Source of the DNA: Podarcis tiliguerta
Taxonomy: Eukaryota
DNA: 64,000 nucleotides
Reading direction: 5' to 3' (one strand)
Assembly: GCA_965153285.1 (NCBI GenBank)
Contig: OZ229110.1
Within the stretch, counting starts at the first letter, position 1; every line of letters starts with the position of its first letter. This document shows, in pieces, positions 49,012 to 62,549 of the stretch. The translations under genes were made by a program, and so were the position numbers. The notes beneath the pieces were generated by a model. The model made no database searches, was not told the DNA's origin, and saw only the letters and a list, made by a program, of their open reading frames with translations.

Positions 49012-51532
49012 CTGAATCAGTACATCACCCAGCTTCAGAAGACAGTGCATATATTATGACTTCTGCAGTCAGCATGAAATGCCTGGTGTCCAAAAGATAC
49101 TATTACTGAGGATGGGAGGAACAATTATGTGCTGCTGGTAGGGGCTGGGATTTGACAGAGGTTTCCCTTTGCTGCTGCAAAAAGACCCTGCTGCACCCAA
49201 AATTGCAGGCTGTTGTGAAACTTCCATTGGCATTTTGGGGATGAGCAGAGCCAGCTATGGATCCACTGGATCTGAAACCAGTCCATCTTCCTTAGAGCTA
49301 CCCAATATGGGCCACTCTGCTGCACCAGTCCAAGAGGAAAATTAACTCTGCACCTGCACACAGTTAAGATTACTCAGTTAGTGAATCACAAGGTAAAGGA
49401 AGCTTCTTAATTGTGGGATTCAACATGCCCTTGCCACTCATGTGTGTTGCATGGACAGAACTATAAATGAGGCAGTGTCAGCACAAAGGACACTGTTAGA
49501 ACCAGGACCTTGTAAGAATATCTGAGGTTATTACCAACACAGTACAGTTGTGCAATATTTAACATTTGAACTGAGAAGTTTGGATATCCACTGGTCACAG
49601 CCTTCAACAGCAGGGACACAGAGAGCTCATCAATAAGCTTTAAAGCTTAAAAAAGTGAACTGGCAGGTAACGGGAGGATTATAGCAAATGGATTTGATAA
49701 AAATGGATTTCACCTGTCTCTGCAACCTGGCTTTTCAGATAGAGGTGTCAAGGCTATGAATGATGCGAACTATTGGAGTTTGAAGTGCAGTGAACTATCC
49801 TTCCATAACACAAGAACAGCTGATCTATTACCACCACAATCTTGTTGAATAGGATTTGAGAGCTTGACCAAGTTAAATTCTCAGTCACAACTAGACATGT
49901 AAGAACTGAAACTATCAGAGCAAGATCACAAACAAAGGAAATATAGAAGCAGCACATATATTTTTCCAAGTTCTCTCACTATAAGAAGCTGAAATTCTCC
50001 TGTTACTTAGGAGTACTGATGCTAAGTTTGTGAACAGCTAGATAGAATACTCCCTCCTCTGGAATACCATCAGCCTCTTTTCACCTTATTCCTCTCTCAC
50101 TTTAATAAAAATGCATATCTGCATAGTCCATCCAGCAAAATGCAACAATTTAAGACACATCTCATGTAACTCCAGAGCAGCTTCTTCAAATTATGTTGTA
50201 ACTATTCCCTTAACTCCAGAACAAGAAAACATTATGTACTGTAACAGAAACCAAAGATTATGGATTTCAACCAACTTTGATTTACTTTTAATCATAACTA
50301 CTCTTAAGTATTCTACAACTTTTCCTTTATCTGCACTTCTAAAAATGCACACCACATCCCCTTCACTAGCAGAACATCGGTCTTCCTCTCAAGTAATACT
50401 AGTGCTGCCAAACTACTTTCAAAACCGATTACCATTCGTTGTCCAAATAATTAGGAAAGGAGTAAAATGGCAGACTAGCCCAGGACATATGATTTAATAG
50501 TTACAAAAAAGATCAAATTTTTAACTTGGACTCAGTGACTCTCAGCAGGCAGGAGGAAAGAATGGACAACTAAACCTAGTCTAAGGAAACTTACAGCTGT
50601 ACGATATCCTTCACAACTTCAGAGCAGACACACAGAGAGGAGTCCAATTCCATTATTTCACCAGCCTCTCCACCCCAACCCCTTTATAGTTATTTCAGCC
50701 TCAGAGACACTTCTTGAATGTGCACACAAAAATGGTTTAAATGAATTAAGGGGTTATTCCAGGGCAACAGATGGTTTGCTACAAGCTCCAGATTTTACAA
50801 AGGAAAACAAAACTTTTAATTGCTTTTTGTCTTCGTTTTCTTCAGGCTTACAAGCCTAACTTGATCCCCTTTCCACCCACAAGTTGTAGCAAAACTTTCA
50901 CATCTTTACATCAAGTAGCTTTTTTAAAAAGCTATTCATTTTTGGCCCAAGCTATATATGATAAAAATCTGTTACTCTTCAGTCTGCCAGGTTTTACAGA
51001 AAGCTCTTCTATGGCACACGCTTTTATTTAGCATTTTATGCATCTTCTGTAAGAAACATAATAGCATAAAAGTTCTTTTAAAAAACTGTAGTAACAATAC
51101 AACCCTATTCTTCCTTATCATTACAGGTTGAGAGGATCCAAGAGTCAATACTGATTGCTGCAGTTTGATGGCACACATTTTTGAAGTTTTAGAGACTTAA
51201 ACATAAAGGCATGCTCAGTTTTGAATTCTAAAGAAGAAAAAGCTGTAGTAGTGCCAATAACTTAAAGACTGTGTATTTTAGAACCACACCCTGAGTTCTA
51301 CTGCTTGCCAAAGCCAAACAGCTGCATGCTGTTAAGAACTTAACAGGAACAATACATGTAAGAACTCAATTGCTTTTACCACTAGTTACTAGACATTCCC
51401 TCTGCTTTAGGTTATCAACATACCATGCAACTTTTGCTCAGAAACATTTTAACAGGATCATGCCCGCAACTTGCGCAAGGGTTACGTTCTGGGGAGCGTG
51501 CTAAAGCCAAAATTGTGTATAGCCAAAACACA

Positions 51533-51849
51533 ACAGCAAACCTTTTAAGCAGGGGTCTGGTCCACTGCCCCTCAGACCTTGTGGGGGGCCGGACTATGTT
51601 TTGAAAAAACAACAACGAACGAATTCCTATGCCCCACAAATAACCCAGAGATGCATTTTAAATAAAATAACACATTCCACTCATGTAAAAACACAAGGCA
51701 GGCCCCACAAATCACCCAGAGATGCATTTTAAATAAAAGCACACATTCTACTCATGTAAAAACACGCTGATTCCTGGACCGTCCACCGGCCGGATTTAGA
51801 AGGCAATTGGGCCAGATCTGGCCCCCGGGCCTTAGTTTGCCTACCCTTG
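51533..51849. mobile_element. Non-autonomous hAT element with an internal ~65-bp direct repeat, apparently inserted in an older Tigger-like relic (about 51453-51990)
   Basis: AGTTTGCCTACCCTTG end, GGCC-rich subtermini, and a duplicated GCCCCACAAAT.ACCCAGAGATGCATTTTAAATAAAA...CTCATGTAAAAACAC unit. Confidence 0.7.
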
Positions 51850-53161
51850 CACAATAGGTTCAACAGCTGACGGGACTGCCAAAAACTTTGTTCCCCAGAC
51901 AACTGCCCCTTTTATTTTTTTTTACAATTTCTGAGTGTGTAAAGCTAAATGTGCAGAAGTTAAATGTGTGTAAGTTGCAGGTTTATTGCACAGCCAAAGT
52001 CAACAGAAGGGTTTGGACAGGGGTAACTGGTGCCTCCAGGGAGTCAGAATAGTGCAATTCCTGCTCCCTCTACCAAGCCACTCCCATTGCACCTTCTTCC
52101 ATCAGCTCTATACACTTCAAGCTTCTCCTACCAGTTCCACTCAAACTCTGCCCTCACAAACCCCTCCTGTCAGCCACAGAAGGTAAATGGAAGGCAGCTG
52201 GGCAGAAGTATTTATCCTTAGAGTTCGTTTCATTTCATTATGAAATGAAAAATAGTATTGCATAAATCTGCCATTATGAACTTGCTTCTGGAGAGAATGC
52301 TCGGCTCACCTAATGAATATGCAGGTTCTCATATGGTATGGAGCTGTGGATTCTGCTCCCTATAGCCCACTATCAAGCCACAAGCAGCAAGCCAAGAACA
52401 AACGCTGACTATCGCTTGTGATTTGTTAGGCGGGAAACACACCACAAGTCCATGTTCAGATGGCATGAAAAACAGCCCTGCGCAAAAGAGCATTATTCAC
52501 AGTACACAGTCCGTCCAGGCATATAGCAAGAGCGTCTGTTCCAAATGAAATGGGTGCAACATATACAAAACTGCAGGTTTAAGGTCTATTTCAGCTTAGC
52601 TAACTATTTTTAGCATGAATTGTGGCTTTGATTTCTTTAGTCTGCCATGTGTTTCCATTAACCTTTAAAATCAGATACAAACTCAAAAATTGTATCTGGG
52701 TGTTCTAAAGTGTATGCTGACCCTTAAACCATGACTTTACTATGAAAGCCTCTGCCACAAAAAAGATCTTAAAATGCATTTCACTACCACATGAGTTTCA
52801 AACTTTCCCAAGTGAATAAAACTGGAACTGGAGCTTTAGAATACTGCTTCTCACAGTGGAATTTTTATAAGTAAAAGCAAGAGAAAAAAAGTTGTACGTG
52901 AGAGATTCATCAGTTTTAAAAACAGAAGTGGTAAAATCAAATCATTCCATTAGAACAAGTGTTCAGTCCTCGCAGAAGTTTTATCTTTATATATTCAAGG
53001 TACAAAGGCCAATCATATTTATCCAGGAGAAACGGATCTGGAGCAGTGTGTGTGGTTGGTGTAAAGTTTTACCTGTCCTTTGAATACATGTTTTTATCTG
53101 CTGCAGGCAGCTTGGTAAGTAAGTACAAAGTTCTTTTGTGGACTGGTAATCGTTAGCAAGA

Positions 53162-53528
53162 GGGACGGGGGTGGCGCTGTGGGTAAAACCTCAGTGCCTA
53201 GGACTTGCTGATCGTAAGGTCGGCGGTTCGAATCCCCACGGCGGGGTGAGCTCCCATCGTTCGGTCCCAGCTCCTGCCCACCTAGCAGTTTGAAAGCACC
53301 CCTAAGTGCAAGTAGATATATAGGTACCGCTTTATAGCGGGAAGGTAAACGGCGTTTCTGTGTGCTGCGCTGGTGCAGGCTCGCCAGAGCAGCTTTGTCA
53401 CGCTGGCCACGTGACCCGGAAGTGTCTTCGGACAGCGCTGGCTCCCGGCCTCTTAAGTGAGATGAGCGCACAACCCTAGAGTCGGATACGACTGGCCCAT
53501 ACAGGCAGGGGTACCTTTACCTTTACCT
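53162..53528 (+). mobile_element. Sauria SINE, full length (subtype B)
   Basis: A/B boxes and (ACCTTT)n tail. TSD TAATCGTTAGCAA at 53147-53159 and 53529-53541. Confidence 0.94.
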
Positions 53529-54242
53529 TAATCGTTAGCAACTGATCCACCTATGGAGTATAGCTTGGACAGAGGACTTGACAACTTAAGATTCTTGGAA
53601 CAATTGCTACTTGCCTCAAATCAGTGTTTGGAATTAATCAGGTGCCAGGCGCACTTTGCGACTGGCATGTGTCCAACTCTGACCAGGCAGAGATCTCTGG
53701 GTGCCAGGTTGGTGCCTGACATCTCCATCTGGCTGGCCCCTCCAGCTTCCTTGCAGGGATTTTAAAAGTTATTTAAGAGCTTTGAATGCAGAAGTCAGGA
53801 TCCTAGAAAATGCTCAGCTAGTATCTATGCCATAAAGTTCAGTATCAGAACAACTGAACTCTTGGGTTTCTCAGCTAGAAGGAACCTTAGATATGATTGG
53901 ATAAAAACACGTTACTGTAAAACAGCCTAAAAAGTGGAGCCCAACATTCTATTCTTAGATCTCTCTTGTAACAAGGGGACTTAAAGCCCTTAAGGGTGAG
54001 GATTACCGCTCAAGTACAGAAATCACTTCAGGGAGTTCAACAGAACCAGGAATTAGCCAACAACATGCATAAGAAGGAGGGTCACAATTGGAAAAGTGAA
54101 TGGCACATGAGTATTAGGAGTAAAAAGCATCTCAAACTGTGCTTTTAAAAAAAGAGGGGGGGGGGAGGTGCTGTTACTCACCATGAAGTTGCTACAGTAA
54201 ATGCCACACTGTTCACACTGGTTGGGTTTGTGTTTGCCAGTA

Positions 54243-54473
54243 CAGTGGTACCTCTTAATTCGTTCCGGAGGTCCGTTCTTAACCTGAAACTGTTCTTAAC
54301 CTGAAGCACCACTTTAGCTAATGGGACCTTTTGCTGCTGCCGCACCGCCGGAGCACAATTTCTGTTCTCATCCAGAAGCAAAGTTCGTAACCTGAAGCAC
54401 TATTTCTGGGTTAGCGGAGTCTGTAACCTGAACCGTATGTAACCTGAACCGTATGTAACCTGAGGTACCACTG
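54243..54473. mobile_element. Tc1/mariner (Tigger-like) MITE
   Basis: TIR CAGTGGTACCTC, TA TSDs, internal TAACCTGA repeats. Confidence 0.88.
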
Positions 54474-54774
54474 TACTGTGTACCCTTGAGTACCTCAGAA
54501 AAAAAGCACTCATCTCAGACATGTGTACTAAGAAACACTTCAATCATCCCTTCAGCCAAAAGGTTGGAACTAATCCTTTTCTAGCTTATTGATGCAATAT
54601 CAGTAATGAACAAGCAGCAGAACTTCATAACCTCATATGGTAGGAGGTTGCCTACCTTATATATATTGACCATTGGTTCTGGCTATGTACTTGGTGCAGC
54701 ACCACGGTGATGTTTCAAAGGCAGTTGTATAGGCAGTCACTGCAGAATACAGTCAACTTTGCATCTTTATGCCA

Positions 54775-54904
54775 TCAGCCACTCCACCACATAATGCAGA
54801 AAGCTGTCTGTGGACAAACACTGGCTCCCTTGGCCTGAAACAAGGTTAGCGTCACATCCCATGGTCAGGTTTGACTGAACTGTCCAGGGGTCCTTTACCT
54901 TTTA
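54775..54904 (+). mobile_element. Degenerate 3' fragment of a Sauria SINE
   Basis: gaaagctgtctgtggacaaacactggctccct...caggggtcctttacctttta resembles the 3' half of the intact copies. Confidence 0.65.
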
Positions 54905-55621
54905 CCACTCAATTCCTATCAGACTTCTGGACTGTTCTGACAAATGGTCTTGTGCCTGGCATTTGACTAGTGTGACACAGGGGGTCTTAGGCATGAGATT
55001 TAAGTCAGTCGGAATGATCATTTTGGAAGAGTTTTGAGGCACATCCCAAGACTCCCTTCCTTGGAGATGGCACAGAACTTCACGTCTGCCAAGCAAACCC
55101 TGATCTGCTTCCCAATTTTACAGGCACAACTGACCACACATGTGCTGCACTGGATTACACTCAGGTAACCTGACCAATATACAGTACACCTAAAATATTA
55201 ACAGGAGGAAAAACTTGACTGTATTAAACCTCTCCCCAGCAACCTTGGATACTAGGGATAGTCAGTTCTACTGATTAATCTGCAGGTTTTAGCAGGTATA
55301 ACTGGCTCCATCTTAGGTTGCTGTTATTTGTTTTGCAAGTCGTTTTTGGTGTGGGGATGGGCAAATGAATCAGCTTCCTAGAAGCTGATAAGAGGAGTGC
55401 TCCAAAAATCTACCTTGCCCCTTTGAACATCTCTATGAAATTGCTAAATGGCATGATTCATAGGTCTGTTATGGGGTTATCATCATCACCCTGTCAATCA
55501 GACAATTCCATTTTTATCAAATCTACGAGTGTCAGTTTTAGTTCTTATCTCAGGTCTGATAGCTATACTTTGGCTAAAGCTGAATACAGATAAAATTCAT
55601 TTTAGTCCTCAGATTGCAGTA

Positions 55622-55726
55622 TCCAGTAGCATCTTAGAGACCAACCAAGTTTGTTCTTGGTATAAGCTTTAGTGTGCATGCACACTCCTTCAGATACACT
55701 GAAACAGAAGTCACCAGGCCCTTATA
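55622..55726 (-). mobile_element. Penelope-like element pseudo-LTR fragment with a degenerate hammerhead motif
   Basis: GTAGCATCTTAGAGACCAAC...AAGCTTT.GTGTGCATGCACACT.CTTCAGATAC. More decayed relics at about 36800-36910 and 37165-37225. Confidence 0.65.
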
Positions 55727-56523
55727 TTGCAGGGGACAGTGAGGTGTATTTGATTTTTCTGCTGTCATTTGTCAATTATGCTTGCAGTCCAGGAGAGATT
55801 TTGGCTCTGCCTCTGATATTAGTTAAATGAGTGAGAGATATAGCCAACACAAGTCTTTTACTATCTGCATTCAGTCTGCTATATCTAGACAAAAGGAATC
55901 TTTACACAACATGCATCTGATTGCCTTAAAGCATTTAGAAAATTTATGCTTGGACAAAATGCAATAACTTGCCTCCTGCCTGATACAGGATAGCAGGGTC
56001 ACATAACAGTACCTGCAGCAACTGCAATGTTGCTGGCTTCCAGATGCTATTCAAGATGTTTCTTTGACCTTTAAAGCTCTAAATTATCTGTCTCAGTATA
56101 TTAGGAATATCTCCCTCCCATGTATCTCCTGGGATACTGGGAAGCCACCCACTTAAAAAATTATTTGTACTGCAATGTCTGTCAAAACTATGCATGATTG
56201 CGGTGAAACAAGTAATTAATATATATTTCTACTGAATATTAGGAGCCACATACTGCTCAATAACAGATAAGGCATTATAAAAGTATTCAGGAACTGCCCC
56301 TGACAACACAGTATTGACACTATATCCCTTTTTTAATGAAGAGATCAGAAAGGTCAGAAAGTCTCTGCTCGTAGGACAAACATTTCAGAAAAGAATGATT
56401 ATGAAACAAGCATGCCCTCAGAAGTTAAACTAGTATTAGCTTGGAGTCAGCAAAACGAAACACTTTATAATGTCTTTGTACAGGTTCATACAGAAATGTA
56501 GTAAAACATACTACTCAACAATA

Positions 56524-56890
56524 CAGTGGTGCCTCGCAAGACGAAAAGAATCCGTTCCGCGAGTCTTTTCGTCTTGCGGTTTTTTCGTCTTGCGAAGCAA
56601 GCCCATTGACGGAGTAGCGCTATTAGCGCTATTGACATTTTAAGGGCTAAAAACGGCTTTTTAAGGCTTGGGGGATTAGCGGTTTTGCTGCTAAAATGCT
56701 TTTAGCAGCTTAGCGATTCAGAAAAAGGGGTTTTGGAGCGGAAAAACCCCCCGAAAATTTTCGTCAATTTTCGTCTTGCGAAGCAAGCCCATAGGGAAAT
56801 TCGTCTTGCGAAGCGCCTCTGCAAACGGAAAACCCTTTCGTCTTGCGGGTTTTCCGTCTTGCGAGGCATTCGTCTTGCGGGGCACCACTG
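56524..56890. mobile_element. Tc1/mariner (Tigger-like) MITE, CpG-rich
   Basis: 22-bp TIR CAGTGGTGCC(T/C)CGCAAGACGAA, TA TSDs, many TTCGTCTTGCG subterminal repeats. Confidence 0.9.
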
Positions 56891-59800
56891 TAAAAGTGTA
56901 TAATGGTATAATGACAAAGTGGATTGTAAGAGGACACATGGAATGCAGGATTTACAGTAAATCTTGATTTAAAATGGGCTGCTTTACTATTTCCACCAAA
57001 TTAACTCACTGCAGTATTCTCTTCCAACAGGGTTAACTGACAAATGGTTAGCCCAAGCAACTGCACTTTAGGGTGAGACTTTTGATTTATCAGACTTATC
57101 CAAACAGTGTTTGGGATATAAGCCCAAGAAAAGCTTAATTGCTAGCCTCAGTACAAAGCAATCATTCTGGTCTAAAATCTAAGCTGGAGAGGAACCTACG
57201 TCCTCCCTTTGTCCCTGCCTCCAACTCAACCACCCTTCACTGGTTCTAAGCTCTCTCTTACATTTTTGTTGCTCCAGCAGTGAAGCAAGACTACTCTCCC
57301 AGCTCTCTCCCCAAATGTCTGGCATGCTGCTAAAGAGCTGAAAGGAATGGAGAAAAGTAGACTTTTCCCACACTACTGACTCATGTCAGTAACTACATTT
57401 TGCAACACCCCAAAATTTGGACTCTTGTGGAAGAATGACTGGACCTGATCATTTTCCGGTGATATCACGGGGTGGGGGTGGGGTTGATAATCTGAAATGA
57501 GCACCAGGCAGAGATTGAAAAACAAGCTATTTTCCAAGGCTGCTCAATTTTTGAGCCTGACTGGGACAAGTTCACTCATCACTTGATGAGACTATTAAAT
57601 CCAGCAAGAACTATCAATTTGGTATGTTGCATTACTGATAGCTTTTGTTATACAAGTCCTCTTAGCAATGATAGCTACTGCCAACTCGCTATTACACTTT
57701 CCCAGATATTGTGCCCAAGTTAAAATGTTTTATTCCAGAACTAACAGCAATCCAAGCTACAAGGAGCCAGCACCATGCCAGTGTAATTTACCCTAATTCC
57801 AAACTCCATTCTGCTAGATTAGTCAGCCCAAATCTGGCAGAGGGGAAACAGCTTTTAAAATACAGTTTGACATACACCACCCGCTTCTGGATTGCTAAGT
57901 CATGTGACTGAGGTGAATAGCATTTGGAGTGATGTAAGCCTCCCCTGCCCTGCCCCCAGCCCAGAAGATTCCTTTACCGGGGGAGGGGGCTTACCCCCAC
58001 CTCAACCTTGGGCTCAGCCAACTTTGGCTCATCCAGTTGAGCCACAGTTGAGTCAGGATGGAGGGCTTATGTTGGCATCTCTCTAGATGAGCCATAATCA
58101 GAGCTTCAAACAGCTGAGCACCACTTGAGCCAGAGATCTGCCTATTTCAAACTCTGCTCAACACAGTGGATCTTGGGTTTGGACTGCTCCCTAGAAGTTT
58201 ATACATTCACATATGATTCTTTCATAAACCTTATGTTGTCTTTATGCCTAACATTACCAAACACACCAGGATCAGACATGAGATGCCCCCCTATAAATGT
58301 TGGACTAAAGCTCTCATCATCTCAGACCATTAACTATGCTGGGGTAAATGGGTGCTATGTTGGCTACCTCTGCAATAAATTACACCAAGAAAATTAGTGG
58401 TGTAGGAAATCATATTTACATAATTTTACATCCTGCACCTTCAATGTAATTTTATATTCTCTGTGCAGAGTAGTACAAAACAAAAATATTATAACTTGAT
58501 CAAGTAATGTTGCAGCAGACAATTTAAATAGAGCAGTTTGATGATACAAGTTATACAAGTTTTTTTTTGGGGGGGGGAGCTTACTCTGCAATTCTTAAAA
58601 GCCTGGGAAAACAAATTTGATTTTGTTTGGTGCATACATAAGATCTATAGGATATATAGGGTACAAGTGATTACACCAATAAAATGTTGCTAAAAGTTGC
58701 ATTACAAAGTGAGTATATACAATTCTGTTACACTGTATGCCATCAAAGGCTACTTACTTGCATGCTATTTTTGTTTTGATATGTTTCTTTGTATTTATGC
58801 AATGCCTCTGCATGCAGAAACTCCAGATTTTCCCTACTAAAGTTCAAGGTAGAATGGAAGCTATTGGGTTTTGGAGATGAAAAGAAGCTCGCACAAAGCC
58901 TGAATATCTGGAATGAGACCTTGCCAAGAAATTTTGAAAGCCCTACTCTAGATAAATATTTAAGATTTTAAAACAAATGGATTCTATGTTGTCATTTCCT
59001 GACCACTGAGAGACTTCCCCAAGATGGCATTTAACTCTTCTGATCACTCATTAACTACCACAGAACCCTGAGCACAACTAACAATTGCATGTAAAATTTG
59101 CTTCACAGATGGGAAAGGGGAAATATATTCTTACCACAAGTAGCTTGCAGTGAAAATGAGGCTGTCAGCTATAATCACCTCTGTAATAATGACTGAGAAA
59201 TTCAGCAAGTCTCATACTCAGCTGCCTTTTCTCCTCCTAGACTTCTAGGAAATTGGGGGCACTCCATAGATTCAAGCCTGCCATGAAGAAGGTTCCACGC
59301 CACTCAACACCAGAACTCCAATCCTGCCTGCTGGTCAGAGAATATAGCCAAGGCAAGTTTCCTTTAGGTAACTCTCACTTGTGTATAGTTGTCTTGCTTA
59401 GAGCATTTCCTTTTCTCAATCAGACAGCTGAGATTTGATAAAGACTCTAATCTGCTCCCAGAAAATCAGTCTTGGTTGCTTTTAAGGAACTAAGTGCTAT
59501 AGCAGCCCCCCAAGATAAGGATGTATGTATGTGTGACAGTGGCTCCTCCTACTTCCCCCTCCCTTCCTCTCAAGTTAGCAAGTAGTAAAGAAATGTCTTC
59601 ACCCACTTTGAATCTGCCCCCACTTTCAAAGGATTCCAAAGGATAGGCATAGGGCTGTGGTAGTCATGCATGCACACCATCTGATGTATAAATTATAAAA
59701 CTGAGGTAGAGGGCAAAATTAGCCCAGTTACACCCAACAGATGGAATCTTAATTTTTTTAATTTAAATACCTAACCTCAAATTTTTGCGTGTCAGACTGT

Positions 59801-62549
59801 ATAAACTACTTTTCTAGTGTTCTGTTGCAAGCACACAGTTTTCAAAGTTCACTTAAAACTTAAAACTATTAAGACTTATTTCCAAACCTCAAGTATCATA
59901 GAATCATGCCAGCACTTAACAAATTCAAAGTTCTATGCCAACAGTTAAGTGGGTCAGTTTTCTGCTTCACTGGGTGTTTTGTCACAGAGGTTCCACTATG
60001 CTTTAATAGACAGCTTGTGTCTTCTGCAGCAGACATACCACCCCCCCCCCTTTCGTCTCCATTATTTCACTGCTATTCTATCAGGACACCTCTCCATCAT
60101 GAAACATACAATAATTAATGACACAGGTCAATGTTATCAGGACCGTGCTTGCTCTGAGTTACATAGCTACAATCCAGCTGAAAATCAGATCCAAAACCAT
60201 ATCAGTTATTTTCAGTATTGACATTTACCAGCTAATTTAGCAGGTAATACAAAAATATGAGCTTTCCTGACTTCAAGAATAATCCTACTCACATGTCAAC
60301 ATGGCTATTTTAACTCATTTGTAAAAATATCTCAAGAAGCAATTAAATTTCAAATGGAGAATGACTCATTCGCTCATGCTAAGCTACAGGCTAAAAAGTG
60401 CAAAACAGAATAGGATTAATGTCTTAAAAGTGTGAGATTTTGTAATTAGGATAATTCCCCTCAAACAGAAGACATTTTCAAGTAACGTTTGGCTCAACTG
60501 TGACCACCTTCACCCATACCAATTTGCCTAGTCACTGGGCTCATCAGAGACTTTTCTCTGGGTATCATCTTCTGAGGTTCAAGCACATTGGTGACCAGAT
60601 ATAGTATATGAAATCCAATTAGGAAAGGGATCTCATTTTTATTCACATCAGTCTTGACACTGAAACACTACTGTATTACTGACTTGTTCTTTTGTCAAGA
60701 AAGCATGATACTAGCATATTTTTTTACATTCAGGAGAACTGCTGTCCTGATCTTCTGCATTTCCAGAAACAAAGTTGTCTCATCCTTCACAAACATCTCT
60801 AATCCAGCAATTAAATAACACCACACACTGCAAGCCTTTCCAATTCACCAAACCAGATTTCCCCAGCAAGCAATAGTTTAGTATTCAAAATTATGCTGTC
60901 TACCTTATATAAGTAACAAACTTAATTAGTTTAGAGCAGGGATGTCCAACTTCCAAGAGACTGCGATCTATTCCCACTAAAAAAAAACTGGCAGTGATCT
61001 GCCCAATGTATTGACCAAAGTTGCAAAGTTGTTAGACTTTTTTTGAGGAGCATTGATCAGAGTTGTTGAGCTGTGTGTGTATGTGTGTGTGTCAGCATTT
61101 TCATTTGAAGGGTATTCACAGAAGTGACACGAAAATGAGGCAAACAAAACCACAATTTGGATCAACATATGTGAGCCAGCTCGGTAAACCATGGTTAAAG
61201 CCAACTGTTGCTTTTTAACATTATGCATGAAACAGACATTTATGTGTAACAGCCTTTGCCAGGTTTGTAATCAGTGTTAAAAACTCAGATATATAAGCTA
61301 GGCGCCAAATGGCTCCTTAAACCATGGTTTAAGCAAATCTCTTTTAGTTCTTCCCACTGAAAAATCAACTTTAAAAAGATGCCTAGTGGAAAAGCCTCAT
61401 GACATATTTGTCTGCAATTTGGCAGATTTCTTACCCAGGGACATCTCTTTCATGTCGGCAGTTTTCAGACCTATTACCCACAAAGTACTAGAGGAGAGTA
61501 AGTGATTCCATTTTTAGACACTCCTAAACTGTAATGGCAGTCTTGCAGGAAAACCACCGAAGCTATCACTTCTGAAGTTTGGCAGGATTAATCCCCTTAG
61601 AAGGAGTGACCTTTGCCACCAAATTCTTTCCAATTCTACCCATAAATAAAAGTTAACCTTTAAAGGTGACCAGCAAAAAAGATTCCATGCAGACTAAGTG
61701 GCTTGTAATTTAGCAGATTTTATGTAGTATATAGGACTTACTATGCCTGCAAGTTTTTGCAGAAAAGTGAAGAAGTATCACTGTTTTTTTCATTTCCCAA
61801 TAGTGAAAGTTTCATATTGGAGTTTAAACCAAATTTTGTGGTCTATGCACATCCTTGTTAGTTTCTTCTATTGCTTGCTTACATTGGCCAATTTCCAGAA
61901 AACAAGGCAAAGCTTACAGGCACTTGATCTTCCCTATCCATACCAAAAACCTCTAAGAATGAGTGCAAGTATGCTTAGCACATTGTTTAGCCGTAAAAAC
62001 TTACATGACAAACAGAATGCTTAAAAGTTTCGAAGACAGCAATTTATTTTTCTAGTTATATTATATGCTAATCACTGCACAGCCTGCCGGCACCTCAGTT
62101 AAAGTTCTGGGGAAATGCTTTTTAAGTAATTGGATCAATTGTCTGACAAGCACAAAACAATTTAAGCTTCAAATACTGAAGGAGAACTGACTGGGGGCTG
62201 TTAAGATCTAATGGTCTTTTTGGTCTTTGTTGCTCTGGTTATGTTTGAAAAGCTGATCTAGGAGGATGACAAGAAAATCCTGCCCACTAGACACCAATAC
62301 CCATTAGGGAAATGTACACTGCAGCAGAGCTCAGTTTACAAGTCAATTGTTTTAGGTCTACAAACTGCTTGAAAGTTAGGTTCCAAACCTTTATATATTG
62401 ATGTGTTGAGATTTGCTACAATTACTCAAAGTAAAAAAAAGGGCACCAGGTATGTTTCTAGGGACACTGTTTTTCAACCATCCTGAAGGTGTACATGGAC
62501 ACCAAAGCAATAGCTATGACCTGAACCCAAATTAATCCAAGGTGTAAAC

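Noticed and set aside
56536-56880. Regularly recurring short repeats (also 11090-11265 and 54278-54465) superficially like a CRISPR or iteron array
   Set aside because: They lie inside TIR- and TA-bounded MITEs in a vertebrate intron, with irregular spacing and no cas genes.
59135-59192. Possible NUMB 5'UTR exon (GTG|gtaag donor on - strand); similar donor-like sites near 54181 and 47838
   Set aside because: Splice-site motifs alone are common, the acceptors are weak, and there is no homology or transcript support.
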